Positions 1 through 10,017 of a stretch of DNA of 64,000 bases are shown here, one piece after another; positions within the stretch are counted from its first letter, which is position 1; each line of letters begins with the position of its first letter. The translations under genes and the position numbers were made by a program. The DNA is taken from positions 65,293 through 129,292 of the forward strand of contig JAXLZN010000002.1 in the NCBI GenBank assembly GCA_046350905.1, given 5' to 3'. The notes beneath the pieces were generated by a model. The model had not been told where the DNA came from. It searched no databases and saw only the letters and a list, made by a program, of their open reading frames with translations. The DNA comes from Candidatus Anderseniibacteriota bacterium. GTDB taxonomy: Bacteria; Patescibacteriota; JAUYIX01.

Positions 1-168
1 AAAATCCTGCGACCCGTGCCCCGCTGGGAGCTAGACCTGCTGCGTTGAGGTAGAAGTACAGCAGTACATCGCTCGCCACGAGCAGCACGAGCGCGCGGGT
101 AACCCCGACCCAGGCGGTACTCCTTTCGGGGCGGGGTGGTTCGCCGCGAAGCACGTTATCCGAGGCAG

Positions 169-882
169 CTACGTGCCGCTCGGCAGCTTGATTGAGGCCA
201 GCAGGTCGAGGGCCGCTTGGTACTCGGACAGCGAGGTGATATCGGTGTAGGACGGCTCAAAAGCCTTGGGGTTGGCCACCGGGTCGACCTGCTCGATCGC
301 GATGACCAGCTCAAACCCACCGAGCGAGAACGGCTTGGTGTTGACGACGCCGGCCGAGGTAGAGGTGTGGCCGACAAAGACGTGGAGCGGCGTGCCGCCG
401 AAGGCGTCGACCAGCATGGTCGAGGGAACCTTGGTGCCTGCTACGTCGACGCTCGGACCGGTCGCCGCTTGGCCGGCTGGCAAGCCGGTGCGGCACTGGA
501 TCGAGGTGCTCGCAGACGTGGGGCGAAAACCGACCGTGAGCGTCAGCGTCTTGCCGGCGTCGGTAAAGACGGTGATGTTCTGCGGCTCGGGGCACGTGGG
601 ATCATCGAAAATTTTGGTCTCGGCGGCGTCCCAACCCCGGGGCAGCACGGCCGTGTAGCCGTAGAGGGTTTTCGTAGGCCGAGCGTGCCGGTTGACCGTA
701 GCGTTGGAGGGGCGTTGGTGGCGTTGTTCGCGCCGTTGCTGGTGGTGTTGCCTGTGGGGGTGGAGCTCGTGGTGTTGGTTGCTGCTGGGGTAGCCGCTTG
801 CAGGCGCGACTGGAGCAAAGCCGCCCAGCCCTGCGGCGACAGGCCAGCGACGAGCGCGATCAGGCCGACCTTGCGTCGACAT
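169..882 (-). CDS. hypothetical secreted protein, reading frame broken by indels
   Basis: ORF 169..897 with ATG at 882. A hydrophobic signal-like segment (KVGLIALVAGL) and a Thr/Asn/Ser-rich linker lie in the frame of ORF 543..818 before rejoining the 169.. frame. No family recognised. Confidence 0.4.
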   Translation of the reverse strand: MSTQGRPDRARRWPVAAGLGGFAPVAPASGYPSSNQHHELHPHRQHHQQRREQRHQRPSNATVNRHARPTKTLYGYTAVLPRGWDAAETKIFDDPTCPEPQNITVFTDAGKTLTLTVGFRPTSASTSIQCRTGLPAGQAATGPSVDVAGTKVPSTMLVDAFGGTPLHVFVGHTSTSAGVVNTKPFSLGGFELVIAIEQVDPVANPKAFEPSYTDITSLSEYQAALDLLASIKLPSGT

Positions 883-897
883 GGTGCCGGTCACCAC

Positions 898-976
898 TGG
901 TGGGCGCGCCTGGAGTTGAACCAGGGACCTCAGTCTTATCAGGACTGCGCTCTAACCACCTGGGCTTTAAGCGCCC
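898..976 (-). tRNA. tRNA-Ile (anticodon GAU), CCA encoded
   Basis: Hand-folded cloverleaf. Anticodon stem CAGTC/GACTG with loop CTGATAA, T arm CCTGG-TTCAACT-CCAGG, 3' ACCA. The D-arm region has 2 extra nt and there is a 7:66 mismatch, possibly local indel errors. Confidence 0.8.
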
Positions 977-1173
977 GAGCGAGCGCACGCTAGCAGTCCT
1001 GAGGAGGTGTTTCAACGGCTGGGTCGTGCGGAGGCTCGGAGCTGCAGTCCGACCCTTGCTTTTTGAGGAGCTCCCGTGGTACTGTTCGCGTTGTAGCAGG
1101 TACACGTTCATAGTTAGTCGCTCAGTCGATACCCCCGCACAGCGACTTATCCGCTTTTAGAGACTCAACCCAC

Positions 1174-1474
1174 ATGGGTAAAGAGGCTGTTCGTAGGCGG
1201 GGTGTCCTTCAGCACCTGCGACGACGGACTCCGCGACGCATTTGCGCAAGCGGGGAACGTCACGTCCGCTCAGATCATTAAGGACCGGGAGACCGGTCGC
1301 TCCGAGGCTTCGGCTTTGTGGAGTACGCCACCGACGAGGAAGCGGCCAAGGGCGTCGAGATGTGGAACAACAAAGAGCTGGACGGTCGTTTCGTCCGCGT
1401 GAGCGAAAGCGCGCCCGATGGCGCCTCGCGCACCGCGCGGTGGCAACAACGGCGGTTTCGGCGGCGGGTACTAA
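1174..1474 (+). CDS. RRM-type RNA-binding protein with Gly-rich tail (at least 3 apparent frameshifts)
   Basis: RNP motifs are readable across frames: KRLFVGGVSFS, (R)GFGFVEYATDEEA, then a GGNNGGFGGGY tail ending at TAA 1472-1474. Pieces lie in ORFs 1202..1402 and 1318..1503. One frameshift is at TCC-GAG (~1301-1305), where TCCCGAGGCTTC is expected. Confidence 0.7.
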
Positions 1475-1512
1475 CCCGTCTGTACCGCTCGCTCCTCACG
1501 TAGGGCGTGAGC

Positions 1513-1541
1513 AAGCCCGCGCAAGAGCGCGGGCTTTTCGT
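1513..1541 (+). terminator. rho-independent terminator after the RRM gene
   Basis: AAGCCCGCGC-AAGA-GCGCGGGCTT (10-bp stem) followed by TTCGTT. Confidence 0.6.
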
Positions 1542-2352
1542 TGCGCGAGTAGTTCGCGCCCTTGGGCAACTGGAACGTGACAGAGCTGCAAACGTCTTCC
1601 TCTGAGGATAGGCTGCCTCGCGGCGCGAGGTCAGCGAGAGTTGATTTAGATTTTTGCGTGTCGGGCGGCGCCGCTGCCCGCAGAAAGGTCTACCTTTATC
1701 TGCGCACCGCGCACGGTCATCTCGGCTTCATCAGCTCGGTGCCGGTATAACGCTGCGCACGGCGATAAGCTCTCGGACCGAGCAAGGTCCTACGAGCTGA
1801 ATCTCCTAAAAGGAGGTGATCCATCCGCACCTTCCGATACGGATACCTTGTTACGACTTAGCCCCGATCACCAGTCCCGCCTTGAACGCTACGGGCGCCT
1901 TTGAGCATTACTGGCTTTCTTGACTTGACGGGCGGTGTGTACAAGGCCGAGAACGTATTCACCGTGGTATGGCTGACCCACGGTTACTAGCGAATTCCGA
2001 CTTCATGAGGCGAGTTGCAGCCCTCAATCCGAACTGGGGCCATTTGGTGCGATTCGCTCCACCTTACGGTTTCGCAGGTCGCTTTGTACCGGCCATTGTA
2101 GCATCGCGTCAACCCTAGGCATCAGGGGCCATGCGGATTTGACGTCATCCCACCTTCCTCCGACTATACGCCGGCAGTCCCCTGTGAGATTTCAACACAG
2201 GGCAAGGGTTACTACGCTCGTGCAGGACTTGCCAACAGCTCACGCCGAGCTGACGACAACCATGCAACACCTGTCTAGCACCCACTGAAGGCCGCTCCTG
2301 TTTCCAGGAGCCTGCAGCTAGATGTCAAGCCTGAGTAAGGTTCTTCGCTCTG

Positions 2353-2388
<36 letters not shown>

Positions 2389-2394
2389 TCCCCA

Positions 2395-2429
<35 letters not shown>

Positions 2430-2790
2430 TCCCGAGCGAGGTATAACGCGTTAACGACTCAGAGCGTGTCGAACGCGAAGCCTGGTACCCATCGTTTACG
2501 GCGTGGTTCCTGGGGTATCTAATCCGGAATTCCGCTCCCCACGCTTTCGTCCCTGGATGTCAGTGTTGGCCAGCTGACTGCCTTCGCAATTGGTGTTCTT
2601 CCCGATCTTAACGCATTTCACTGCTACACCGGGAGTTCCATCAGCCTCTCCGACCTCGTCTGGTATCCAGGCCAGATCGACGGTTGAGCCGTCGGATTTT
2701 AAGCTCGACTTTCGTAACCATTTGCCGGACGCTTTACGCCCAATGATTCCGGAAAACGCTCGAGGTCTCTGTATTACCGCTGCTGCTGGC

Positions 2791-3679
2791 CTGCCACCCT
2801 AGCACGCTCACGTGGAGCGATCTTGTAGGCGAAGACTGGATGTAAACGGCCGCACGAGCTCTATAAACCGCCCCATGCTTACGGAGCGAACGTAGAGTCG
2901 ATAGTACAGCTTGCCTCGCATGCTACAGCGCGTCGCAGAAGCTTCTACTTTGAAGTTCTTCTTGAGCACGTGCACCAAGCGCAGACAATCTTCGAGCGAA
3001 AAGCAGTACGTAGCGATCATTGCGTTCCAGTGCTGGCCGGAGCGCTGATCGAGTGTCCCGTCATCCTGGTACCAGACTGCAAGACCGAGCGGGTCTTGGA
3101 GGAGGTCAGCAATGTTGCGGGGCACCTTCTTTACGCCGTTCGGGTAGAAAAGCTTACGGAGCTCTCCTAGATCCGAGCGAGACTGCGTATAGAAGTAGTG
3201 TTGCGTGTACCGTTGAATCGGCTTGAGCTCAGAGGGTTGTAGCTCTCGGAGCTTGCTGCGCATCCACGTTAGGTACGGCAATGTCTTGTCAGCTGTCTTG
3301 AGCCGGTAAATAGCTGTTGCGGCGCCTTGCCGCTCGAGCCACCCATCGCCCAACAGTGAGCCGACCAGAATGCTTCTCGTTTGAACGTTCATACAAAAGT
3401 CGGTGGACTATATCACCACCCTGCTTAACAAAATGTGTTATGCGAGGGGCTTCGCGTGTAGTCTCTGAGGAGCCCGCTCGTATGAGCGGTTTCCTGCTGA
3501 TTGCGTTGCAACCTGTACCGGGGCAGCGATGTCCCTTCGTAGGTTGTGCCGTCGATTGTCACTGCCGCGAACGGGAGTTCGCGACGAGTACGTCGGCATT
3601 TGCAACGTGTTCCAGCATATAGCGAAGTTTTCTCTGCACGCATTTCTGCGCACACTCTGCACCAGCCCCCTATGGGCTT
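2791..3679 (-). mobile_element. intervening sequence (group I-like intron) in 16S at about E. coli position 516
   Basis: Exon 1 ends ...GCTAACTCTGT (plus-strand coordinate 3680). Exon 2 starts GCCAGCAGC (2790). Joined, they restore the conserved GCTAACTC(C/T)GTGCCAGCAGC. The 5' exon ends in U and the insert ends in G. The insert carries a homing endonuclease ORF on the rRNA strand. Confidence 0.75.
2808..3392 (-). CDS. LAGLIDADG homing endonuclease (double motif), intron-encoded
   Basis: 194-aa ORF with two LAGLIDADG-type motifs (LVGSLLGDGWL and LAVWYQDDGTL). It lies wholly inside the 16S insertion on the same strand. Confidence 0.85.
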   Translation of the reverse strand: MNVQTRSILVGSLLGDGWLERQGAATAIYRLKTADKTLPYLTWMRSKLRELQPSELKPIQRYTQHYFYTQSRSDLGELRKLFYPNGVKKVPRNIADLLQDPLGLAVWYQDDGTLDQRSGQHWNAMIATYCFSLEDCLRLVHVLKKNFKVEASATRCSMRGKLYYRLYVRSVSMGRFIELVRPFTSSLRLQDRST

Positions 3680-4475
3680 ACAGAGTTAGCAACCTCTTAT
3701 TCCTGCAGTACCATCAGATCTTTTTCCTGCAGAAAAGCGGTTTACACTCCGAAGAGCTTCATCCCGCACGCGGCGTCGCGTCGTCAGACTTTCGTCCATT
3801 GCGAACTATTCCCAACTGCTGCCTCCCGTAGGAGTGGGACCCGTTCTCAGTGTCCCTGTGGCCGTACACCCTCTCGGGCCGGCTACCCGTCGTCGCCTTG
3901 GTGGGCTTTTACCCCGCCAACTAGCTGATAGGCCGCAGACTCCTCCCAAAGCGCAAAAGCTTTACCTACGTAGCCGAAGCTACGCAGACACATTCGGTAT
4001 TAGACCCGCTTTCGCAGGCTTATGCCGAACTTCGGGGCAGATTATCTACGTGTTACTCACCCGTTTGCCACTAGCGTGTAGTTCCCGACATCCGTCGGGC
4101 ACGCCCGTTCGACTTGCATGTTTTAGGCACGCCGCCAGCGTTATTCCTGAGCTAGGATCAAACTCTCAGAACGAGTTCGATCACTCAAAGGTTAACGTTT
4201 GCATGCACCGTACGCACGTGCCGGGACAAACCCGACCGTTAGCAGCACGGTGCTTCTGTCACGTTCCAGTTGTCAAAGTCCATCGATGAAACCGTGCGCT
4301 CAACTCGCGTCGAGCGTGGCTCACGTCACGTGCGGGTTGTCTGGTAGCGGCTTGCACCGCTAGCCCGCGTTTCGGTGGGTTTCCAAGCAGGACCCTCAAT
4401 CCGTTCGCGCCCGAGCAGGCTAGGTCAGGTTGCCGAGCACGTCAAGGACCCGCCTGTGCGTGGGCGGTGGACAGC

Positions 4476-4884
4476 TCAGATGACCGTGCAGTAGGGCTGC
4501 AGGTCGAGGCTCGGCAGGCTGCCGCGGCAGGTGCAGTAGGGCGGCTGCGTTTGGTTGGGGAGGTGGTCGCAGGTGTCGTAGAGCACCTCGTAGCTGTAGG
4601 GCGGCGGAGTGAGCGGGCCGGTAGGGCAGCTTGCGGTTGTGCCGGAGAGCAGGGTTGATGGACTGTTCGTCCGCCGTGTACTGCACGCACAGGCCGTGGC
4701 CGTCCTTGTCCTGTGCGCAACCTTTTGCGTTTGGCGAGGGGGACCAGGTTTGCGGTGTGCTGGTAGCGCTGACGTTGGAGCGCTGAGCCGACAGAACGTA
4801 AACGTGCCCGCACCGTTCAGGGCGAGGAACACGATGAGTCCGCCGAGCAGCGACCAGCAGCAGTACAGCGACGCGTAGCGCCAT
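4476..4884 (-). CDS. hypothetical small Cys-rich secreted protein (frame broken)
   Basis: MALRVAVLLLV signal-like start at 4884. Cys-containing pieces occur in ORFs 4420..4887 and 4476..4832. No family recognised. Confidence 0.3.
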
Positions 4885-4909
4885 CACGCCGGCAGTGTAC
4901 CATGCTGGC

Positions 4910-5854
4910 GTGCAGCTTGCTCTCAGACGTACTCATCGTGGGTGCTGGACCAGCAGGGCTGACCGCGGGTCTCTACACCGCGCGCCAACCTGCGTACGTT
5001 GATCCTCCGTGATCGTGAGGGCAGCAACCTGGCCCGCCGCATCGCCAACCTGTTTGGGCAGGTCTCGGGCCCGACGCTCCTGCGTACGGGCGAACGCCAC
5101 GCGACTCGGTACGGCGCCGCCATCCAGACCGAAGAGGTGATCAAGTGCGTGGACTGTTCGCTGCTGCCGGCGCGCGCACCAGCGCTGCCGGCGCTTCGCG
5201 TTGCCGTTTTTGGTGCACACCGACCGTGCTGTCTACGGTACCCGCGCCTTGATCGTTTGCGGCGGGGATCAAATCCGCTCGGGCGGGATTGCCCGGAAAT
5301 TTGAGATGTTCGGCAAGGGGGTGGCGGTGTGTGTGGCCTGCGACGGGCCGTTCTACAAAGAAAAAGAAAGTCGTGGTCGTAGGCGGCGGTAACCTGGCGG
5401 CGAGCGAGGCGCTCGATCTACTCGCGCACACGCGGGACGTACGGGTCAACACCAACGGCGAACGCCCAACCATGGATGCGAGCTGGCGGCGCAAGCTCGA
5501 CCGCGCGAACTGTTGCGCGGATGCGTCAGCAAAAAAATCGTTCGGGTAGCAGGCACGCGTTGGATGGATGTCGAGTACGCCGATGGCTCGAGCGACCCGA
5601 TGGCGGGGCTTGTTCCTCGCGATCGGCACAGCGTCGGCAGTGGACTTTGCGCGTTCGCTCGGACGACCATGGCTGGCCAGTCAATCGAGGTAGACCGGCG
5701 CATGCGCACCAACACGGAGGGTGGCCAGGCGGCTGGAGACATGACCGGTCCCCCGCGGCAGGTCGGCAAGTCGATCTGGCGACGGCGTCCGGGCCGCCAT
5801 CGACTGCGTCGAGTACTTGCCCGGCGGAACGTACGTCGACCACCGCGAGGATAG
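4910..5854 (+). CDS. trxB: thioredoxin-disulfide reductase-like flavoprotein (several apparent frameshifts; 3' end uncertain)
   Basis: Motifs read across three frames: DVLIVGAGPAGLTAGLY (from ~4925, GTG start at 4910), GVAVCVACDGPFY (CxxC), KKVVVVGGGNLAASEA, and AAGDMTGPPRQ..AAIDCVEYL. Frame changes occur at ~4980 and in the A-rich run at 5357-5370, among others. Confidence 0.7.
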
Positions 5855-6534
5855 CGTCCAGCAGCGCAGACGCTGCCGCGCACGCCGCCAGGCGGCGATT
5901 TTGGCGTGGTCACCAGGAACTGAGCACGTCCGGCACCTTGTAGCCGCGGAAATTGGCCAGCGGTACGTACTGCGGGTACTCGAGGGCCGCGCCCGCTTCC
6001 GCTCCAAAACTCTCCTCGGCCAGCGACTCTTCTTTGCCGAGCACGCCAGGGACGAGCCGTGCGGTCGCCTCGAGGATGGTCAGCGCAGCGAGTTCGCCAC
6101 CGCTCAGGACGTACGGTCCACCGGGCGAACGGTCCACCAGGTGCTCACGTACACGCTCATCGACGCCTTCGTAGCGGCCGCAGATAAAGATGAGGTGCGG
6201 CAGCCTGCTCAACTCCCGGGCGATCGCCTGCGTGAACGGCTCGCCGCGCGGGTCCATGAGGATCACGTGCGGTTTGGCTGACCCACGGTTCGCGCCGGCC
6301 GAGGTGCTCTACCGCTCTAAAGATCGGCTCAGGCTTGAGGACCATGCCCGGTCCCCCGCCGTAGGGCGTGTCGTCGACCGTCTTGTGCACGCCCTCGGCA
6401 AAGTCGCGTAGGTTGACTGCCTCAACCTTGATGGCGCCTGCGGCCTGACCGCGGCCGAGGATCGAAGCCTGCGCGTAGCCGTCGATGATCTCCGGAAAAA
6501 TCGTGATGACCTGGTAGCGGTGTGCGGTGGGCAT
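5840..6534 (-). CDS. trmD: tRNA (guanine37-N1)-methyltransferase TrmD (2 apparent frameshifts; 3' end uncertain)
   Basis: ORFs 6157..6534 and 5910..6266 contain QVITIFPEI, PYGGGPGMVLKPEP, ICGRYEGVDERV and VLSGGELAAL. GDHAKIAAWRR continues in a third frame near 5900. Confidence 0.8.
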
Positions 6535-6576
6535 GCCGGTGCTACGAAGAACCGCCTCAGTAGGCGGTTGTTCGTG

Positions 6577-6990
6577 CTAGATGCTGAGGTTGTCCATCGG
6601 GCTGGCCTCGGGCTTAGGAGGTTCCAGGCCGGACTCACCTGCCGCTGCCGCGGACGTCTGGCTCGGCTGGCCCAGGTCGTGGCTCTGGTCGCTCATGCGT
6701 TGGTCTTGCTCCTGGAATTCCTTGAAGCGCTTACCGCCCTCGGGCTCGAGGATCTTGAGGTTGACGCGCGCGTCGTTCTTGGCGCCGATGACGCGCAGCA
6801 AGGTGCGCACCGACTTGGCGGTCTGGCCCTGGCGGCCGATGACCTGACCCATGTCTTCGGGGCTGACCGAGAGCGTGATCAAGACGCCCATCTCGTCGAT
6901 GGTTCGCTCGGCTTTGACCGCGTCCGGGTGGTCAACGATGGATTTAATGACGTACTCGACAAACTGCTGGTCGGCGAACTGTTCTGCCAT
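6577..6990 (-). CDS. KH-domain RNA-binding protein (YlqC/UPF0109-like) with acidic/Gln-rich tail
   Basis: 137-aa ORF with the KH GXXG loop VIGRQGQTAKSVRTLL. Classical position between rpsP and trmD. Confidence 0.85.
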   Translation of the reverse strand: MAEQFADQQFVEYVIKSIVDHPDAVKAERTIDEMGVLITLSVSPEDMGQVIGRQGQTAKSVRTLLRVIGAKNDARVNLKILEPEGGKRFKEFQEQDQRMSDQSHDLGQPSQTSAAAAGESGLEPPKPEASPMDNLSI

Positions 6991-7072
6991 GGCTGTGGAG
7001 GCTAGGAGTTAGGTAGTTGGACGCGCCGACGCTACCGCACTCGCGCGGCAGCGTCAACGCGTGGCGGGTCGG

Positions 7073-9937
7073 CTAGATGATGCTGCCGATGAAGTCTTGG
7101 ACGGCCTGGCTGATCTGCTCGAGCGTACCGATGATAGTTGCGCTGGTGATGGTGGCCGCGTGGTCGCGGATGTAGGTTTCGATCTGACCGGGCAGGGCGC
7201 CAGACTCAGTCAGGAGCAGCGGGGCGTGCAGCTTGGCGGCGAACGGCCCCGACAGCAGCGCAGCGAAGAAGAAGCTGTCGCCCGTCAGGGCGGGGTTGGG
7301 CGCGGGCGCGGCTGCTCCGCTCAGGCTTTCGGCGGCCGGGTAGGCAGACCTGTTGCCGCTCGCCACAACAATCGCCGTGGGCGCAGGCGCGTAGGTCGTA
7401 TTGATCTTGGCGTTGGTGGCGTAGCGTTCGTCGCCTGCAACCCGTGTCACTGTAGCCGACGGCAGGAGGGACTTGATCGTCTGGTCCATCGAGGTGGGCA
7501 CGGCGTCGTCACCGCCGATGATCACCACCTCGCTGACGGCTGAGGCGTGGTTGGTCAGGTACTGCTTGGCAAAGCTGTTGAGGGTAGCCTGGCCGCGGTC
7601 GGTCAGAATGGTCGGGTCGACTTTGCCGTCGGCCACGTCAGCGTCGATCGCGCTCATGCCGAGCGTGTCGACAAACCTGAGGTCTTCGGCCAAGACGACG
7701 CGGCCGGACGTGAGGCCGTCACCAAAGAGCTTGTTGTCGATGCGCAACGCAGTCTCGCGGCGATCCCTGCCACCCAGGCGCGTCACGTCGACGAACCCGG
7801 CACCCCTGATGTCGCTGATGACCTGGTCAGCCTGGGCCACCTCGCGGCCGAGGACAAAGATGCAGGCGCTCGGCTTGAGGGCACGCTGCAGCTCGGTCTT
7901 GACCGCGTCATCGAGCTTATCGGTGCGGTTGAGCAAGATCGGCGCGTTCTTGGAGGTCGAGAGCTGCGCGCCCACAAAGGCGTCCGACATGTTGTCGTTG
8001 CGTGCCACGATGCCGCAGTCTGCGGTGTGGTCAGCAAACTCGGCCTGCGAGACCTTGATGGACTGCTCGGTCGGGTCGTTGCCCTCGATACGCGTGACGG
8101 TCTCACCGCTCGGCTGCGTCACAACCACCTCAGGTGTGGTGTAGCTGATGGAGAGCGCGTCGACAACCGGAGCAAGTCGCGGATCGCTCGGGTTACGCGT
8201 AACGTCGACCTTCCAGCACAGGCTCGAACCGGTCGTGCTGAAGGTCAGCGGTGAGCCCAGCGTGGCGGCCGCAAAGGTGCTGCAGTCGTTGCTCAGGCTG
8301 TAGACGTCGGTGCCACCTCGCAGGGTTTCCGTTGCCGTGATGGTCGCGCTGAGGATGTTTCCGCTGACCGTGTCGACCGGGGTTGAGAGAGCTAGGCCGT
8401 TGGTTCGGTCCCGTACAATCAAGCCGCCAAAGAGGTCCCGGACTCCGCTTACCTCTTCGTCGTAAACAAAGTCTAGGTCATCAAACTGGTCAAAGGCCGC
8501 CGAAACGGCGAAGTTGAATATCCCTGTGCTCGCCGAAATGTTGAGCTGACCCGAGGTTGTGCGGTCGGTAGGTTGCACCCAGTCGTTGAGGTCGGGATTG
8601 TAGAGCGAGCAGACCACCTCGCCTGGTTCACCGCCATCCACGTCGGCAAAAATCCAGCACACGCCCGGGTTACCAGACGAATCGAGGTCAATCGAAGCGG
8701 CAGTGTTGTTGTCGCTGGTCGAAATGGTCTCAAAGCCTGCAGTGGTGCCATCGGCAGCCGTCAGCGTCGTGCCGTTCCACATGGTAAAGCGCAGTGGACG
8801 GTTCGTGGCGGTCAAGGCCTCGGTGTAGACGATCAGGGGTTGGTCGGAAGCGTTGAGGCGCATGTCGACACCCAGGCTGTTGGTAGCGGTGTTGCTAATG
8901 TTGCTGGTGCCCGCGGTAGAGCCGTTGAGCTGGCGGTAAGCGCCCGAGGCAAACTGCGTGTAGAGGATTTCGCTCGGACCACCTGAGTTCCAGATGATGT
9001 CCGGGAGGTTGTCGCTGCCTACCTGCACGACCGGCTGGGAGTCCAGCACCGCAGGCGTGCTCGTGAGGTTGTCGGGTGAGGCACCGAGGAAGCCCTGGTA
9101 GGTACCGCTCGTGAGGTGCGCCACCATGATGTCGCCAGAAAAACCGGCACCGTCTTCCCACGCCAGGACCGGCTCGGCGTTGGGGCCAAAGGCAAGGTAT
9201 ACGTTTGATTGGTCGTCCGCGGCGGCTGTGATCGCGTCTGGGGCCGCCCCCGAGACCGGGCCGACCCAGGCGCTGCCGTTCCACATGGCGAGGTAGACCT
9301 GCGACACGGTGCCTGCGTCGTCCTGCGTGTAGGCAACGTAGGGTCGCTCGCTAGTCGGGTTGATGGCGAGCGAGACGTTGAAGACCTGGCGGGTGGGAAA
9401 CGAGCTGACTACGTCGCTACCCGCCACACCGGCGGCGTTCACCAACTGGGTGCCATCCCAACGGGTAAACTTTGCGGCGTCTACGCTGCTGCCCGAATCG
9501 CCGATGAAGGCAAGGTTCTGACGGAAGCTGCTGTCGATCTGGATCGAGCTGTGCCCGATGAACTCGTTGTAGCTACCCGTTGTAATGACGGGTTGCACGC
9601 CCGCGGTGCTCAGGTCAAAGTTGCGCACCACGCCGCTGGCGCGGTTGAGCTCGAGCTGGCCGACGGAGGTGTTCCAGTTGAGCGTGGTAGCTGCGTCTTT
9701 GTAGGTCACCGCGCTGAAGTCTTCGTTGTAGGTGTCTGTTGCGGCGGCGGAGAAGGAGGCGCTGCTGCGTTCGACCCGCATCTGGATCAAGATCACTGCA
9801 CTCACGACCGCGGCAACAACCCCTACGATCGTAAGGGTGTAGTAGACCCAGGCGGCTGGGAGCTCGGGACGAACGGTGCCGTGCGGCGCGCGGCAGAAAG
9901 AACGAGGCATGCGTTGGTTATTACGGGAAGTGAACAC
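7073..9937 (-). CDS. large membrane-anchored surface protein with three C-terminal CWB2 (cell wall binding repeat 2) modules
   Basis: Intact 954-aa ORF. It has an N-terminal TM helix (YYTLTIVGVVAAVVSAVILI) and a long Ser/Thr/Gly/Asp-rich beta-type region. Three repeats of the CWB2 pattern follow (..G.DR.ET/AT...; VVLA/VVAS..; APLLLT/APILLN; IIGG/VLG). Confidence 0.8.
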   Translation of the reverse strand: MFTSRNNQRMPRSFCRAPHGTVRPELPAAWVYYTLTIVGVVAAVVSAVILIQMRVERSSASFSAAATDTYNEDFSAVTYKDAATTLNWNTSVGQLELNRASGVVRNFDLSTAGVQPVITTGSYNEFIGHSSIQIDSSFRQNLAFIGDSGSSVDAAKFTRWDGTQLVNAAGVAGSDVVSSFPTRQVFNVSLAINPTSERPYVAYTQDDAGTVSQVYLAMWNGSAWVGPVSGAAPDAITAAADDQSNVYLAFGPNAEPVLAWEDGAGFSGDIMVAHLTSGTYQGFLGASPDNLTSTPAVLDSQPVVQVGSDNLPDIIWNSGGPSEILYTQFASGAYRQLNGSTAGTSNISNTATNSLGVDMRLNASDQPLIVYTEALTATNRPLRFTMWNGTTLTAADGTTAGFETISTSDNNTAASIDLDSSGNPGVCWIFADVDGGEPGEVVCSLYNPDLNDWVQPTDRTTSGQLNISASTGIFNFAVSAAFDQFDDLDFVYDEEVSGVRDLFGGLIVRDRTNGLALSTPVDTVSGNILSATITATETLRGGTDVYSLSNDCSTFAAATLGSPLTFSTTGSSLCWKVDVTRNPSDPRLAPVVDALSISYTTPEVVVTQPSGETVTRIEGNDPTEQSIKVSQAEFADHTADCGIVARNDNMSDAFVGAQLSTSKNAPILLNRTDKLDDAVKTELQRALKPSACIFVLGREVAQADQVISDIRGAGFVDVTRLGGRDRRETALRIDNKLFGDGLTSGRVVLAEDLRFVDTLGMSAIDADVADGKVDPTILTDRGQATLNSFAKQYLTNHASAVSEVVIIGGDDAVPTSMDQTIKSLLPSATVTRVAGDERYATNAKINTTYAPAPTAIVVASGNRSAYPAAESLSGAAAPAPNPALTGDSFFFAALLSGPFAAKLHAPLLLTESGALPGQIETYIRDHAATITSATIIGTLEQISQAVQDFIGSII

Positions 9938-10017
9938 ACTGTATCAAGCAAACGACGCTTTGTCAAGCGTCGAGGCCTCTGAAGCCACGTACTTTTGTGC
10001 GAACGTCCGCTCGCGCG

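Noticed and set aside
3834-4289. ORFs of 60-150 aa inside the 16S rRNA gene and its leader (for example 3834-4289, 3529-3831, 2590-2802).
   Set aside because: They overlap universally conserved rRNA sequence. Only the LAGLIDADG ORF inside the insertion has protein-family support.
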